A stretch of DNA of 32,000 bases from positions 1,770,001 to 1,802,000 of the forward strand of contig NC_015931.1 in assembly GCF_000223395.1 (NCBI RefSeq), given 5' to 3'. This DNA is from Pyrolobus fumarii 1A (GTDB lineage Archaea; Thermoproteota; Thermoprotei_A; Sulfolobales; Pyrodictiaceae). Below the pieces are notes generated by a model, which had not been told where the DNA came from, ran no database searches, and was given only the letters and a program-made list of their open reading frames with translations. Below are positions 16,441 to 24,788 of this stretch, piece after piece. Within the stretch, counting starts at the first letter, position 1, and every line of letters begins with the position of its first letter. A program made the translations under genes and the position numbers.

Positions 16441-16448
16441 TTTATACC
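16441..16448 (+). promoter_or_regulatory. TATA box for csx1
   Basis: TTTATACC lies 35-42 nt upstream of the in-frame TTG at 16483. It sits inside the ORF-track N-terminal extension that starts at 16408. Confidence 0.45.
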
Positions 16449-16482
16449 TAGCCTCTTGCCTAGCAATACTGGTCCTCTGGTC

Positions 16483-17973
16483 TTGCCGGCTCCGACCATA
16501 GTAGCTGGTGTATGGGGCTACCCGGGGGCTTGGCGCCCAGCCGAGTACGTGTTTACGAGTAAGGATGCGAGCATAGCCAGGGTGGCGAAGTCCTCCCTCG
16601 AACCCTTAGTAGAGTTCTACAATCCGGAACACGTGGTAATCTTCATCGCTGATACTGTGGCTCCGCGGGAGGCGCTCAGAGAGGCTAGGAGCTACAGCGA
16701 TGTGCTCGAGGCTGTGGTTAGATGGCTCTACGGGTGGTTGAGGGACAACACGGATGCTATTAGGGAGAGGCTATCGAGGCTATCTGTTGAGGTTGTACCC
16801 AATGTCGGCTTCTACCAGGAGTGTGAGTGGAAGTTTGCTGAAGGTGCATCACCTCTAGACGCTTTCCGTGCACTAACACTCCGTGTTCTCTACGAGAAGC
16901 TCGTGGATGTTGCTCTCGAGGCTCCAGTTGTGAGGCTCGTGCTAGACCTCACCCATGGCATCAACTATATGCCCGTGTTGGCTAGAGAGGCTGCGCTCCA
17001 CGCCGCCATCGCCGCCAGTCTGACGACTGGTTCGACTGTCGAGCTTGTACTCGTTAATAGCGAGCCTTACCCCGTCGGCTGGAGTAGCGACAAGCCACCT
17101 CGCCTCGAGGTACACGTGTTGGGCATTGAGAGGGTTGATGCGGGGTATGCGGCTCTACGCGCATCCATCGACCTCGTGAAGACCGTGCTGCGCAACGGTA
17201 ATGTCCGTGTGAAGCTCGCGTCTGCGCCTGGCAAGCTGGCCCCCGTGCTAGGCACGACGCTCAACACACCCGCAAGGATGCTAGTCGAGAGGGATGGTAT
17301 CCCGGCCGCGGTTGTAACCCTCTACGGGCTACCACTCGCAGCTGCATACCTTGCGGTCGACTCGGAACTAGACGTAGATAACGCCATGGAGCTCTACAAG
17401 ACCGCCATTGACTACTTCCGGGGGTACACCAGGCTAGAGAGGCAGCCGTGCCGTGTGTTCCACGAGGTGGGTCTGGATTATGCCGGGCTCCGTAGTCTAC
17501 TCTACGCGGCTAGCCTCGTCCGCCACGTCAAGAGGGCCTACGCGGGAGCCCTAAGCGACGACACCGTCTGCTGTAACCTCGAGACATTAGAGGACCGCGG
17601 CGTCTACATTGACGAGTTGTCAGAGATAGCCGGTAGACTAGCCACACCATACCGCACAATAGTGGGAACCGAGCTACACAAGATAGAGGAGACTATACGA
17701 GCTGTTGCAAAGTGCAGATGCGGGGGAGGCGATGGACCCCGTTGCGAAAAGCCCGAGGCGCTACACTTCCCCATCTACTGTGACGACTGGCCGGGCGAGA
17801 AGTGCAAAGAGCAGATAGACCTGCGTAACCTCCTTGCACACGCCGGGCTAGAGTACAACGCGATAGAGGCTACGATAGACGAGTCGGGAATAGCGCTCCG
17901 CTACCGCGAGGGCTGCTGGGAGATAGTGAAGAAGCTGCTCAAGACAACCGCCAGGATGCTAGCAGAGGGTTGA
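16483..17973 (+). CDS. csx1: CRISPR-associated Csx1-family protein (CARF domain plus HEPN RNase domain)
   Basis: The DxTHG signature LDLTHGINYMP is present, as is the C-terminal HEPN Rx4H motif DLRNLLAHAGLEYNAIE, very like Pyrococcus Csx1 (FDSTHGLNY, PRNVLAHAGLE). The N-terminus IVAGVWGYPGAWRPAEYVF matches the CARF start. The ORF track extends it to GTG 16408. Confidence 0.8.
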   Translation: MPAPTIVAGVWGYPGAWRPAEYVFTSKDASIARVAKSSLEPLVEFYNPEHVVIFIADTVAPREALREARSYSDVLEAVVRWLYGWLRDNTDAIRERLSRLSVEVVPNVGFYQECEWKFAEGASPLDAFRALTLRVLYEKLVDVALEAPVVRLVLDLTHGINYMPVLAREAALHAAIAASLTTGSTVELVLVNSEPYPVGWSSDKPPRLEVHVLGIERVDAGYAALRASIDLVKTVLRNGNVRVKLASAPGKLAPVLGTTLNTPARMLVERDGIPAAVVTLYGLPLAAAYLAVDSELDVDNAMELYKTAIDYFRGYTRLERQPCRVFHEVGLDYAGLRSLLYAASLVRHVKRAYAGALSDDTVCCNLETLEDRGVYIDELSEIAGRLATPYRTIVGTELHKIEETIRAVAKCRCGGGDGPRCEKPEALHFPIYCDDWPGEKCKEQIDLRNLLAHAGLEYNAIEATIDESGIALRYREGCWEIVKKLLKTTARMLAEG

Positions 17974-18237
17974 CAAACCGGCTACGCGATCACCGCCCCG
18001 CCCACACCGAGGCACCAACGTGGCCCTCACCACTGTTTTCCTTGGCGCGTGTGGCACCGTGCGGCACCTAGCGTAGTTCTTTCCGTGTCTCACACGCTTG
18101 TAGGCTCTTTGCAGCCACATGCCTCGTTATGGTCGGGACCGACATGGGGGCTAGGTTATATAGGTGTTGGGGTTGGGCTGGGGTTTTAGGGGTGACGGGG
18201 CACGAGCTACCAAGTTCCCAAGGTTGACAAGAAAACG

Positions 18238-19311
18238 TTGAAACAGATCATTAGAGAGTTGAAGAAGTGGAAGGCGCCAGCGACGGTACTCCTCAGCCTG
18301 TACATCCCGCCCGGCAGGCCCGTGAGCGACGTGATGTCGCTACTGCGCCAGGAGTACTCTATCACGGATAACATCAAGTTGAAGAGGACACGTGACGCAG
18401 TTCAGCGCGCACTAGCATCCGCCATGGAGAGACTGTCGAAGGTAACGAAGGTGCCAGAGAACGGTCTTGTCATCTTCTGCGGCGAGGATATGAATACCGG
18501 CGACTTCATCTGCCTTATGTTCTCGCCGCCGGAGCCAGTGCCAGTCTTCTTCTACCGTACCGACAAGTGGTTCCACACCGAGTTCCTCGAGGAGATGCTC
18601 GAGCACGAGACAGCCTATGGCCTCATTATAGTAGAGAGAGACCAGGCTACAATCGGCCTCCTGAAGGGCACTAGGATCCAGGTGCTGGAGGAGCTTGAGG
18701 GCTTCGTGCCAGGCAAGCACCACAAGGGCGGACAGAGCCAGAGGCGTTTCGATAGGCTGATCGAGCAGGCTGTAGACGAGTTCTTCAAGGAGGTGGCTGA
18801 GGCAGCAGCCAAACACTTCCTGCCGTTGATAGAGAAGGGTATACTCAAGGCGATTATCGTCGGCGGGCCGGGCTACGCCAAGAAGGACTTTGTCGAGAGC
18901 GGTTACCTCGACTACAGGATACGCCAGAAGATAGTAGGGCAGCTCTTCGATGTGGCGTATCAGGGTGAGGCTGGGCTCCGCGAGCTCGTGATGAAGGCAG
19001 AGAATGTGATCAAAGAGCAGCAGTACATCGACCTCGTGAAGGCCCTCGAGGAGTTCAAGTACCACCTGGCGAAGGATGACGGCCTTGCGGTTTACGGCGA
19101 GAAGGAGGTTAAGAACGCGCTTCAGATGGGCGCTCTCAAGTTCCTGCTGGTCGACGAGAATAGGGAGGATGCCGATGCGTGGGCAGAGGAGGCTAAGAAG
19201 TACGGCACCAAGGTCTACTTCCTACCCGACGACTTCCCCGAGGCAGAGTGGGTCAAGAAGACGTTCGGCGGTCTCGTGGGCGTCCTACGCTACAAGCTGA
19301 ACTGGTACTAG
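18238..19311 (+). CDS. prf1: Peptide chain release factor aRF1
   Basis: [11 protein letters not shown], the GGQ motif ([14 protein letters not shown]) and the three-domain length all fit. The TTG start is the first start codon after the in-frame stop at 18193-18195. The NIKS position reads NIKL and the YxCxxxF position reads YRTDKWF. Confidence 0.9.
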   Translation: MKQIIRELKKWKAPATVLLSLYIPPGRPVSDVMSLLRQEYSITDNIKLKRTRDAVQRALASAMERLSKVTKVPENGLVIFCGEDMNTGDFICLMFSPPEPVPVFFYRTDKWFHTEFLEEMLEHETAYGLIIVERDQATIGLLKGTRIQVLEELEGFVPGKHHKGGQSQRRFDRLIEQAVDEFFKEVAEAAAKHFLPLIEKGILKAIIVGGPGYAKKDFVESGYLDYRIRQKIVGQLFDVAYQGEAGLRELVMKAENVIKEQQYIDLVKALEEFKYHLAKDDGLAVYGEKEVKNALQMGALKFLLVDENREDADAWAEEAKKYGTKVYFLPDDFPEAEWVKKTFGGLVGVLRYKLNWY

Positions 19312-19487
19312 GCTAGACACGCTGCTCGACACACCCCTCCCGTTGTAGACACGCCTAGCCCGACTTCTTCGCAACTGGTGCACGCTAGTGCTCGGGCATC
19401 ATCCACGAGTTGATAAGCTGGCTGTGCCTATACGCCTCTGTGCCACGGGGGGTGAGGTTCTGGGGGCTCCGCGAGCCCAACTGGGCG

Positions 19488-20183
19488 ATGAAGAGTAGTC
19501 CCATCACCGACCCCGCGTTTAAACCCCTCCCGCGGCGCGATGCTCTAGGGCCTCGAGGCGTGAAACCCCTCATAGTTATCGAGCACTGTGAGGACCACTT
19601 GTCGAGGTGGGTTCTCTACGAGTACGAGGATGTCGTTAGGCTTGCTGGACGCGAGCGCGTCGTGTTCACGAACGTCTCGAGGAGCGAGTGGTGCGAGAAA
19701 CTCTCACGACTAGCGAGGTGTTACAGGGAGAGTGTGGCGGAGCTTCGCGGTGTCCTCTGGTCTAGCCCCGAGCGTGTCATAATACTCGACCCGTCTGCGG
19801 ACAAGCTCCTAGAGCCCCGTGACACGCGTGACGCAGAGGTGGTTGTTGTCGGTGGCATTCTCGGTGACCATCCGCCGCGCGGCAGGACGAGAAGGTGTAT
19901 CACCGAGAGGATTAGCGGCGCGAGAGCGAGGAGTCTGGGGCCACACCAGCTGAGCATAGACGGGGCGGTCTACGTCTACCTGCGCGTCGAGGATGGACTT
20001 ACACCGAGTCAAGTGCCCCTGGTTGTGAATCCCAAACTGCAGCTAGAGACGCTGCCGGGCATAGAGGTTGAGGTCGAGCTTCCCTTCGCGTACCCGCTGG
20101 TCGACGGCAAGCCGCTCATACCAGAGGGGGTGCTCCGCCTCCTGAAGAGCGGCCTACCATACTATGAGGCTATGCGCATGTAG
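19488..20183 (+). CDS. Putative SPOUT-like SAM-dependent methyltransferase (DUF431/Sfm1-like)
   Basis: The core begins KPLIVIEHCEDHLSRWVLYEYEDV, which resembles the N-terminus of the DUF431 family. The start is uncertain: ORF track 19410, ATG 19488 or GTG 19560. Confidence 0.5.
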   Translation: MKSSPITDPAFKPLPRRDALGPRGVKPLIVIEHCEDHLSRWVLYEYEDVVRLAGRERVVFTNVSRSEWCEKLSRLARCYRESVAELRGVLWSSPERVIILDPSADKLLEPRDTRDAEVVVVGGILGDHPPRGRTRRCITERISGARARSLGPHQLSIDGAVYVYLRVEDGLTPSQVPLVVNPKLQLETLPGIEVEVELPFAYPLVDGKPLIPEGVLRLLKSGLPYYEAMRM

Positions 20184-20252
20184 CTAGACCGAGAGGTACA
20201 ACACCACGACTATTTACATGGCGACGAGCTAGTCTCCCGTAGGGGCACGCCC

Positions 20253-22109
20253 GTGCCGGCCACCGTGCAGTCTGGCTGTAGGGCCCCCGGCTGCTCTAGA
20301 CCCTCCACGCTTCTCCTCTCCGCAGTGACAGCCTCTATGCTCTTGTTGCTCTTGGCGTTGGTTGCACACGCGCACGCCGTGGTCTGGTACGATCGCGTCG
20401 ACTTCTGGCTTCTCTATGGCGCCGAGAACGTTACCGTTGCCATCGTTGACCCGGATTATGGGCCTCTCGGGTCGCCCTGGGAGGCCTGGATGCTAGAGAC
20501 TCTACGCGAGCGTATCAAGCTCGTATGCGCCTATATCAACGTCGGGTTTGCCGAGGAGTGGAGGTGGTACTGGGAGAGGCTGGTAGAGGAGAAGCCAAGC
20601 TGGCTGACTAGCGTCGAGTACCCCGAGTGGCCCGGAGAGTACTTCGTCGCGTACTGGTCTAGCGCCGCGTGGAAGCCAGGAGGCTGGGTTGACATCATAA
20701 CCGAGTATGTGAGGCGCGTTGTTAGGCAGGGCTTCAACTGTATACTGTTGGATAACGTCGATGTCTACAACTACTGGGTTTCGCCCGAGGAGTATGGCCT
20801 CCCTCTGCCACGCATAGAGAACGCGACTAGGATGATGGCACTACTCGTACAAGTCGTCGCGAATTACGCTCATGCGTTGAACGCTAGTGTCTTGATAAAC
20901 GTTGGTTCGGGTCTAGAGCTGCTCGAGAACGACACGTTAGTCTCGCTGATAGATGGAGTTATGCGCGAGGATGTGTTCGTGTGTAACGGTGAGCCCTGCG
21001 ACCCGAACGAGACGGAGACCGTCGTGGAGCTTCTCGAGCGTGTCGCGAGTAGAGGGAAGCTGGTGATAATACTCGACTATGTCGACGACGAGGCTGACGA
21101 GTTGCTCGTGCTGCGTGAGGCTGGGAAGCACGGTTTCGAGGCCATAGCCTCGTACTCGCTCAACCTTGACGAGCTACCGCCCTACATACGAGGCTACTAT
21201 GGCGTCTGCAAGACCAGCGCGGTCTTCGCGGCCGCCGTGAGAGTGAGAGGCGCGAGCAGGCTGTGGCTCATGCCCGGCGGCGCTGCAAGCCTGCACGGCG
21301 AGGCGATGCTACCCACGTGCAGCGGCGCAACCATTGCATACACGCTGTTCAACGGCACGTCCTACCGCGTCGTCATGGATGGCATGATGCTGGATGATTC
21401 TTTCTCCGCTGTACTCGCCAGCAACGATACACTAGTCTATCTGAACACGAGCGACTCTACACTACGCGTCGCAGGCCGGGACAGGATACTCGCTAAAGCC
21501 TACGCCTACGCACCACTCCGCAGCGTAACATGCAGCTCCACAACACTCATACTCTTCATGACGAACAACTCGACACTCGCAATAGCCGCGATCAACTCGT
21601 CAAGTCTGAGAGTACTGTGCCTCGCGAGCAACGTCTACCCCGGGAGATACGCCGCAATATGCACCAAGGACCGTATCTACATCCTCGCCTCGGACGCTAG
21701 AGAAGCCAAACTCTACCAGGCCTACAAAGACAACTGCACCGAGATCGCCAGCGGCCTGCCGCCAGCACAGCCACTCCCAAGCATCGCAAAGTGGAGCAAC
21801 GCGATCGCCTACACTAGCACCAAGGGCCTGGCACTCGTGAACACCCGCAACACCCTACTGCTACCGCTACACCTCGACTCCATGAGGAGCATACTGGCAA
21901 GCCAACTGGCACGCTACTATACGGTCACAATAATAGACGGAAACGTGACCATAATAGACCCGCCCATACAGCCCCCCACGCCCATCCACAACACAAAGCC
22001 GAACTACCCCACACAAGCCATAATCACAATAACACTAACAGCGCCGATACTCGCCACACTCGCCATACACGCCACGCGAGCAACTCGAAACGCCACGAAC
22101 ACAGCCTAA
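20253..22109 (+). CDS. Secreted, membrane-anchored GH114-like (endo-alpha-1,4-polygalactosaminidase / TM1410-like) TIM-barrel protein with a glycosylated beta-rich stalk
   Basis: A signal peptide (MLLLLLALVAHAHA) is followed by LVCAYINVGFAEEWRWYW, WPGEYFVAYW and GFNCILLDNVDVYNYW, which match the GH114 motif order. The C-terminal half is Ser/Thr/Asn-rich with about 14 N-x-S/T sequons. A Pro-rich linker and a C-terminal TM helix (AIITITLTAPILATLAIHA) end the protein. Confidence 0.6.
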   Translation: MPATVQSGCRAPGCSRPSTLLLSAVTASMLLLLLALVAHAHAVVWYDRVDFWLLYGAENVTVAIVDPDYGPLGSPWEAWMLETLRERIKLVCAYINVGFAEEWRWYWERLVEEKPSWLTSVEYPEWPGEYFVAYWSSAAWKPGGWVDIITEYVRRVVRQGFNCILLDNVDVYNYWVSPEEYGLPLPRIENATRMMALLVQVVANYAHALNASVLINVGSGLELLENDTLVSLIDGVMREDVFVCNGEPCDPNETETVVELLERVASRGKLVIILDYVDDEADELLVLREAGKHGFEAIASYSLNLDELPPYIRGYYGVCKTSAVFAAAVRVRGASRLWLMPGGAASLHGEAMLPTCSGATIAYTLFNGTSYRVVMDGMMLDDSFSAVLASNDTLVYLNTSDSTLRVAGRDRILAKAYAYAPLRSVTCSSTTLILFMTNNSTLAIAAINSSSLRVLCLASNVYPGRYAAICTKDRIYILASDAREAKLYQAYKDNCTEIASGLPPAQPLPSIAKWSNAIAYTSTKGLALVNTRNTLLLPLHLDSMRSILASQLARYYTVTIIDGNVTIIDPPIQPPTPIHNTKPNYPTQAIITITLTAPILATLAIHATRATRNATNTA

Positions 22110-22238
22110 CGCCGCATAACAAATTGCAACGCTCAACAGACACCACACAACCTTTTAATCAAAGGATGTGACGTGAGCACTCACTCGAAGAGAAAGCTTA
22201 AACCCCTGGTTCCATGGGACGCGATGAGTTGGAGAACT

Positions 22239-22326
22239 GCGGGGGTGCCCGAGCCAGGTCAAAGGGGGCGGGCTGAGGACCCGCTGGCGTAGGCCTGCGT
22301 GGGTTCAAATCCCACCCCCCGCACCA
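22239..22326 (+). tRNA. tRNA-Leu (anticodon GAG), CCA encoded
   Basis: The acceptor stem GCGGGGG/CCCCCGC, the anticodon stem GCGGG/CCCGC with loop CU-GAG-GA, a long variable arm, and the T arm GTGGG-TTCAAAT-CCCAC are present. The discriminator is A, followed by CCA. Confidence 0.9.
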
Positions 22327-22508
22327 CTTCACTTGTCCTCGCTATTGTCCCAAAATTCCGTCCGCATAACCGTTCTAACAGCACTACTAGCATTGCCAGA
22401 GTGTTAAGGATGTTTAATCAACTATTATTAATTCGTTATATACTTTTCTGAACGGTAGCTATCAACAAGCTAGAAGACTATAGACTTCTGCCGACGTTCG
22501 GTGTCACA

Positions 22509-22904
22509 ATGTCGAAGACGTTGCTCTTACCTGATGAGAGGTTACAATATAAGACTCGCATAGGCTCAACAGAGATCTACGTGACTGATAGACGTTTTGA
22601 CAGTAGTGAGCGGCGCAGAGACCTATGATGTACTCTTGACTCACATCGGTGTCGTCACTATAAAGGAAAAAGGGACATGCTCCTGCTTGGCGCCATACTA
22701 CTATTTCTTGGCATTCCATTCTTGTCATACGGTGGCGTCATACTCTTGCTAGCAGGACTAGCCCTAGCATGGTACGGGTGGAAGAACAGGTACATCCTTG
22801 AGATAACAGCAGGTTCAAAGAAGTTTAGCACACGCAACGGTGAAAGAGTGCACGAGATAGCAGCTCGCTTACGTGGCTTCGTCATGCAAGTGAAGCAAAG
22901 CTAA
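22509..22904 (+). pseudogene. Interrupted ORF (in-frame TGA at 22626-22628) or two small ORFs (39 aa plus a 75-aa two-TM protein)
   Basis: ATG 22509 lies about 27 nt after a TATA-like ctataga. The N-terminal part reads MSKTLLLPDERLQYKTRIGSTEIYVTDRRF... The same frame continues after the TGA into the ORF-track ORF at 22677-22904 (LLLGAILLFLGIPFLSYGGVILLLAGLALAWYGW...). It lies in a very AT-rich islet next to the tRNA. Confidence 0.3.
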
Positions 22905-23111
22905 AGCACAGCAGATATACTTGACAAACCGCAAAATAAGGCTTTACCAAGTTGTTTTAAAAATCCGCACTTTAAACTCTAAGATTCTATGCTTGTGTGT
23001 TAGAGCAGCTGAACGACTTTATGCACTACCTACACTTCGAATGCCTCCGTTTTGTACGAGCGTCTATACAGACTCACATGGATAGAAAACTGGAAACAGA
23101 AAGGTGAATTA

Positions 23112-23218
23112 ACGGCGTCATCCCGTCGCGCGCGCCTACCTGTGCGGGGGTTTGCCTTCGTGGCTTGTCCCCCGCCGCGGTTTGCGCGCGTCCACGGGTC
23201 GGCCGGGTTTGACGCCGT
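23112..23218. other. Long GC-rich imperfect hairpin, candidate structured RNA or DNA element
   Basis: Outer stem: acggcgtca (23112-23120) with tgacgccgt (23210-23218). Middle: cccgt+cgcgcgc (23122-23133) with gcgcgcg+acggg (23184-23198, 3-nt bulge). Apical stem: gcggggg (23144-23150) with cccccgc (23169-23175), with an 18-nt loop. Confidence 0.45.
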
Positions 23219-23372
23219 AAGGCTGTGTTTTATTGTGGTGTCGGCCCCGTCCGTTCCCCCATCCCCGCCGTGCACGTCGGCGGGTGAGGGATTCGTCTAG
23301 CCTCCTCATCCACCGGTCTTGGTTGTCTGGTGCTGCGGGCTTAGGTGGGTGGCGGTTCGGGTTTAACGTTGG

Positions 23373-24206
23373 GTGCTTGTTTTGGGTGTGGTTGAGCGTT
23401 TGTGCTCGTGTATCTCGAGGCTCTTCTCTGTGTTGTCGCGTGCCGAGGCGCGGTTGCTCGCGAGGGGTTTGTCTGTCCTCTGTGAGACTCGTGACCCGGG
23501 TTTGGCTCTCCAGGAGTCTACTGCTATAGAACGGTGGGGGTACTATGGTGAGCCTAGGCCGGAGTTCCCCGGGTTCTTCAAGAGGCTGGCGTGTGCGGCG
23601 AGGGTCAGGCTCCCCGAGCCTCTTGGAGCCTCTGGTGTGGATGTCCTTGAGGCTATCCGGCGTAGGGAGAGCCGCCGCGAGTATGGCGACATGCCGGTGA
23701 GTCTCGAGCAGCTCTCCACTCTGCTCTTCTACGCGGCTGGCGTTAGGGGGTATGAGCTGGGTTGGCCTCTCCGCACCTACCCCTCGGCGGGCGGCCTGCA
23801 GCCAGTCGAGGTGTACGTTAACGCCTGGAGCGTTGAGGGTCTCGAGCCGGGACTGTACCACTATGATGCCGAGCGGCACGAGTTGTGCCTGCTTGGCGAG
23901 CCTATACCCCGCGATAGGCTAGCCAGCATATGCCTGGATCAGGAGCATGCTGGTGACGGCTCGCTTGCACTGATAATCACCGCGGTGTACGCGCGTACTG
24001 CTAGCAAGTATGGGGCGCGCGGCTACCGCTATATACACCTGGATGCTGGGGCTGTCGTCCAGAACGTGTATCTTGTTACCGAGGCGTTGGGCCTAGCCAC
24101 GGTCGTGATAGGCGCGTTCTACGATCACGAGCTGTGCAACGAACTGGGTATAGACTGTAGGTGGGAGCTACCGATGGCAGTGATGCCCGTGGGTACGCGC
24201 CCCTAG
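23373..24206 (+). CDS. SagB-type dehydrogenase / nitroreductase-family protein
   Basis: RRESRREY, YPSAGGLQPVEVYV, the YHYD...L pattern and the C-terminal YRYIHLDAGAVVQNVYLVTEALGLATVVIGAF match the SagB/ThcOx-type FMN nitroreductase fold. The start (GTG 23373) is uncertain. Confidence 0.7.
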   Translation: MLVLGVVERLCSCISRLFSVLSRAEARLLARGLSVLCETRDPGLALQESTAIERWGYYGEPRPEFPGFFKRLACAARVRLPEPLGASGVDVLEAIRRRESRREYGDMPVSLEQLSTLLFYAAGVRGYELGWPLRTYPSAGGLQPVEVYVNAWSVEGLEPGLYHYDAERHELCLLGEPIPRDRLASICLDQEHAGDGSLALIITAVYARTASKYGARGYRYIHLDAGAVVQNVYLVTEALGLATVVIGAFYDHELCNELGIDCRWELPMAVMPVGTRP

Positions 24207-24436
24207 GCGGGGCGTGCACAACGTACAGCGTCATACTCTGTCATACCGGGTGTTCTCCCCTCCTCGTCAGGCTACACATGGTGCAGCAAGTGTGGCTCGG
24301 AGTGTCAGGTATGTGGGGCTTGCGAGCCTGGTGATACTAGAGTGATACCGCATGGGGGGACTTCGGGCGCGCACAAGGCGCGAGAACGCTTAAGTATACA
24401 TGGGCACCCCGTACCTTCACTGGAGGCTGAGGGCCC

Positions 24437-24640
24437 ATGAGCCAGGAGAAGCAGCCCTGCACCAAGCCCGTTCGTGTCCGCGACTCTAGCACCGGCGAGG
24501 AGGTCGAGCTAGTCCCAATCAAGGTGTGGGTGCTAGCACCAAGAGGCAGGAAGGGCGTCAAGATCGGCCTCTTCAAGAGCCCCAAGACCGGCAAGTACTT
24601 CAGGGCTAAGGTCCCGGACGACTACCCGATCTGCGGGTAA
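24437..24640 (+). CDS. creN7: Chromatin protein Cren7
   Basis: 67 aa reading ...[43 protein letters not shown]. This is nearly identical in pattern to known Cren7 proteins. A GGAGG lies 11-15 nt upstream of the ATG. Confidence 0.92.
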   Translation: MSQEKQPCTKPVRVRDSSTGEEVELVPIKVWVLAPRGRKGVKIGLFKSPKTGKYFRAKVPDDYPICG

Positions 24641-24788
24641 AGAGCAGAGGCTCGCAACACCCCGGCCCGCGCCCCGCCTTTTCTCACGCTCCCCACCACT
24701 CGCTTCTCCTCGTGGCCTAGCGTAAGGCTAGAAACACCCTGCGCGTCTCACCGTATCCTCCCTGTACTGTCACTGGGGGTGGCGCGCT

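Noticed and set aside
18412-19065. A 217-aa minus-strand ORF.
   Set aside because: It is antisense to aRF1. It is Leu/Glu-rich because it mirrors a Lys/Glu/Leu-rich gene.
23052-23300. The 82-aa ORF upstream of the SagB-like gene as a possible azole-peptide precursor (C-terminus rich in Cys/Ser/Thr/Pro).
   Set aside because: It spans the AT-rich to GC-rich junction and the long hairpin. No cyclodehydratase gene is nearby, and the composition looks like translated structured DNA.
22327-23400. A direct repeat of the tRNA-Leu 3' end (att site) that would delimit an integrated element.
   Set aside because: By eye I found no copy of the T-arm/acceptor sequence (ggttcaaatcccacccccc) downstream. 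I therefore make no claim of an intact integrated element, only of a compositional islet.
23136-23879. A 247-aa minus-strand ORF.
   Set aside because: It is antisense to the well-supported SagB-type gene and extremely Arg/Pro-rich with no motifs. This is a typical shadow ORF of GC-rich coding DNA.
24207-24439. A Cys-rich reading frame (WCSKCGSECQVCGACEPGD...) directly in frame after the SagB-like TAG stop and ending at the ATGA of Cren7.
   Set aside because: There is no ATG, GTG or TTG start codon in frame before the Cys cluster. Stop-codon readthrough or pyrrolysine is not expected in Crenarchaeota. It is probably a chance open frame in GC-rich DNA, though readthrough could be tested by proteomics.
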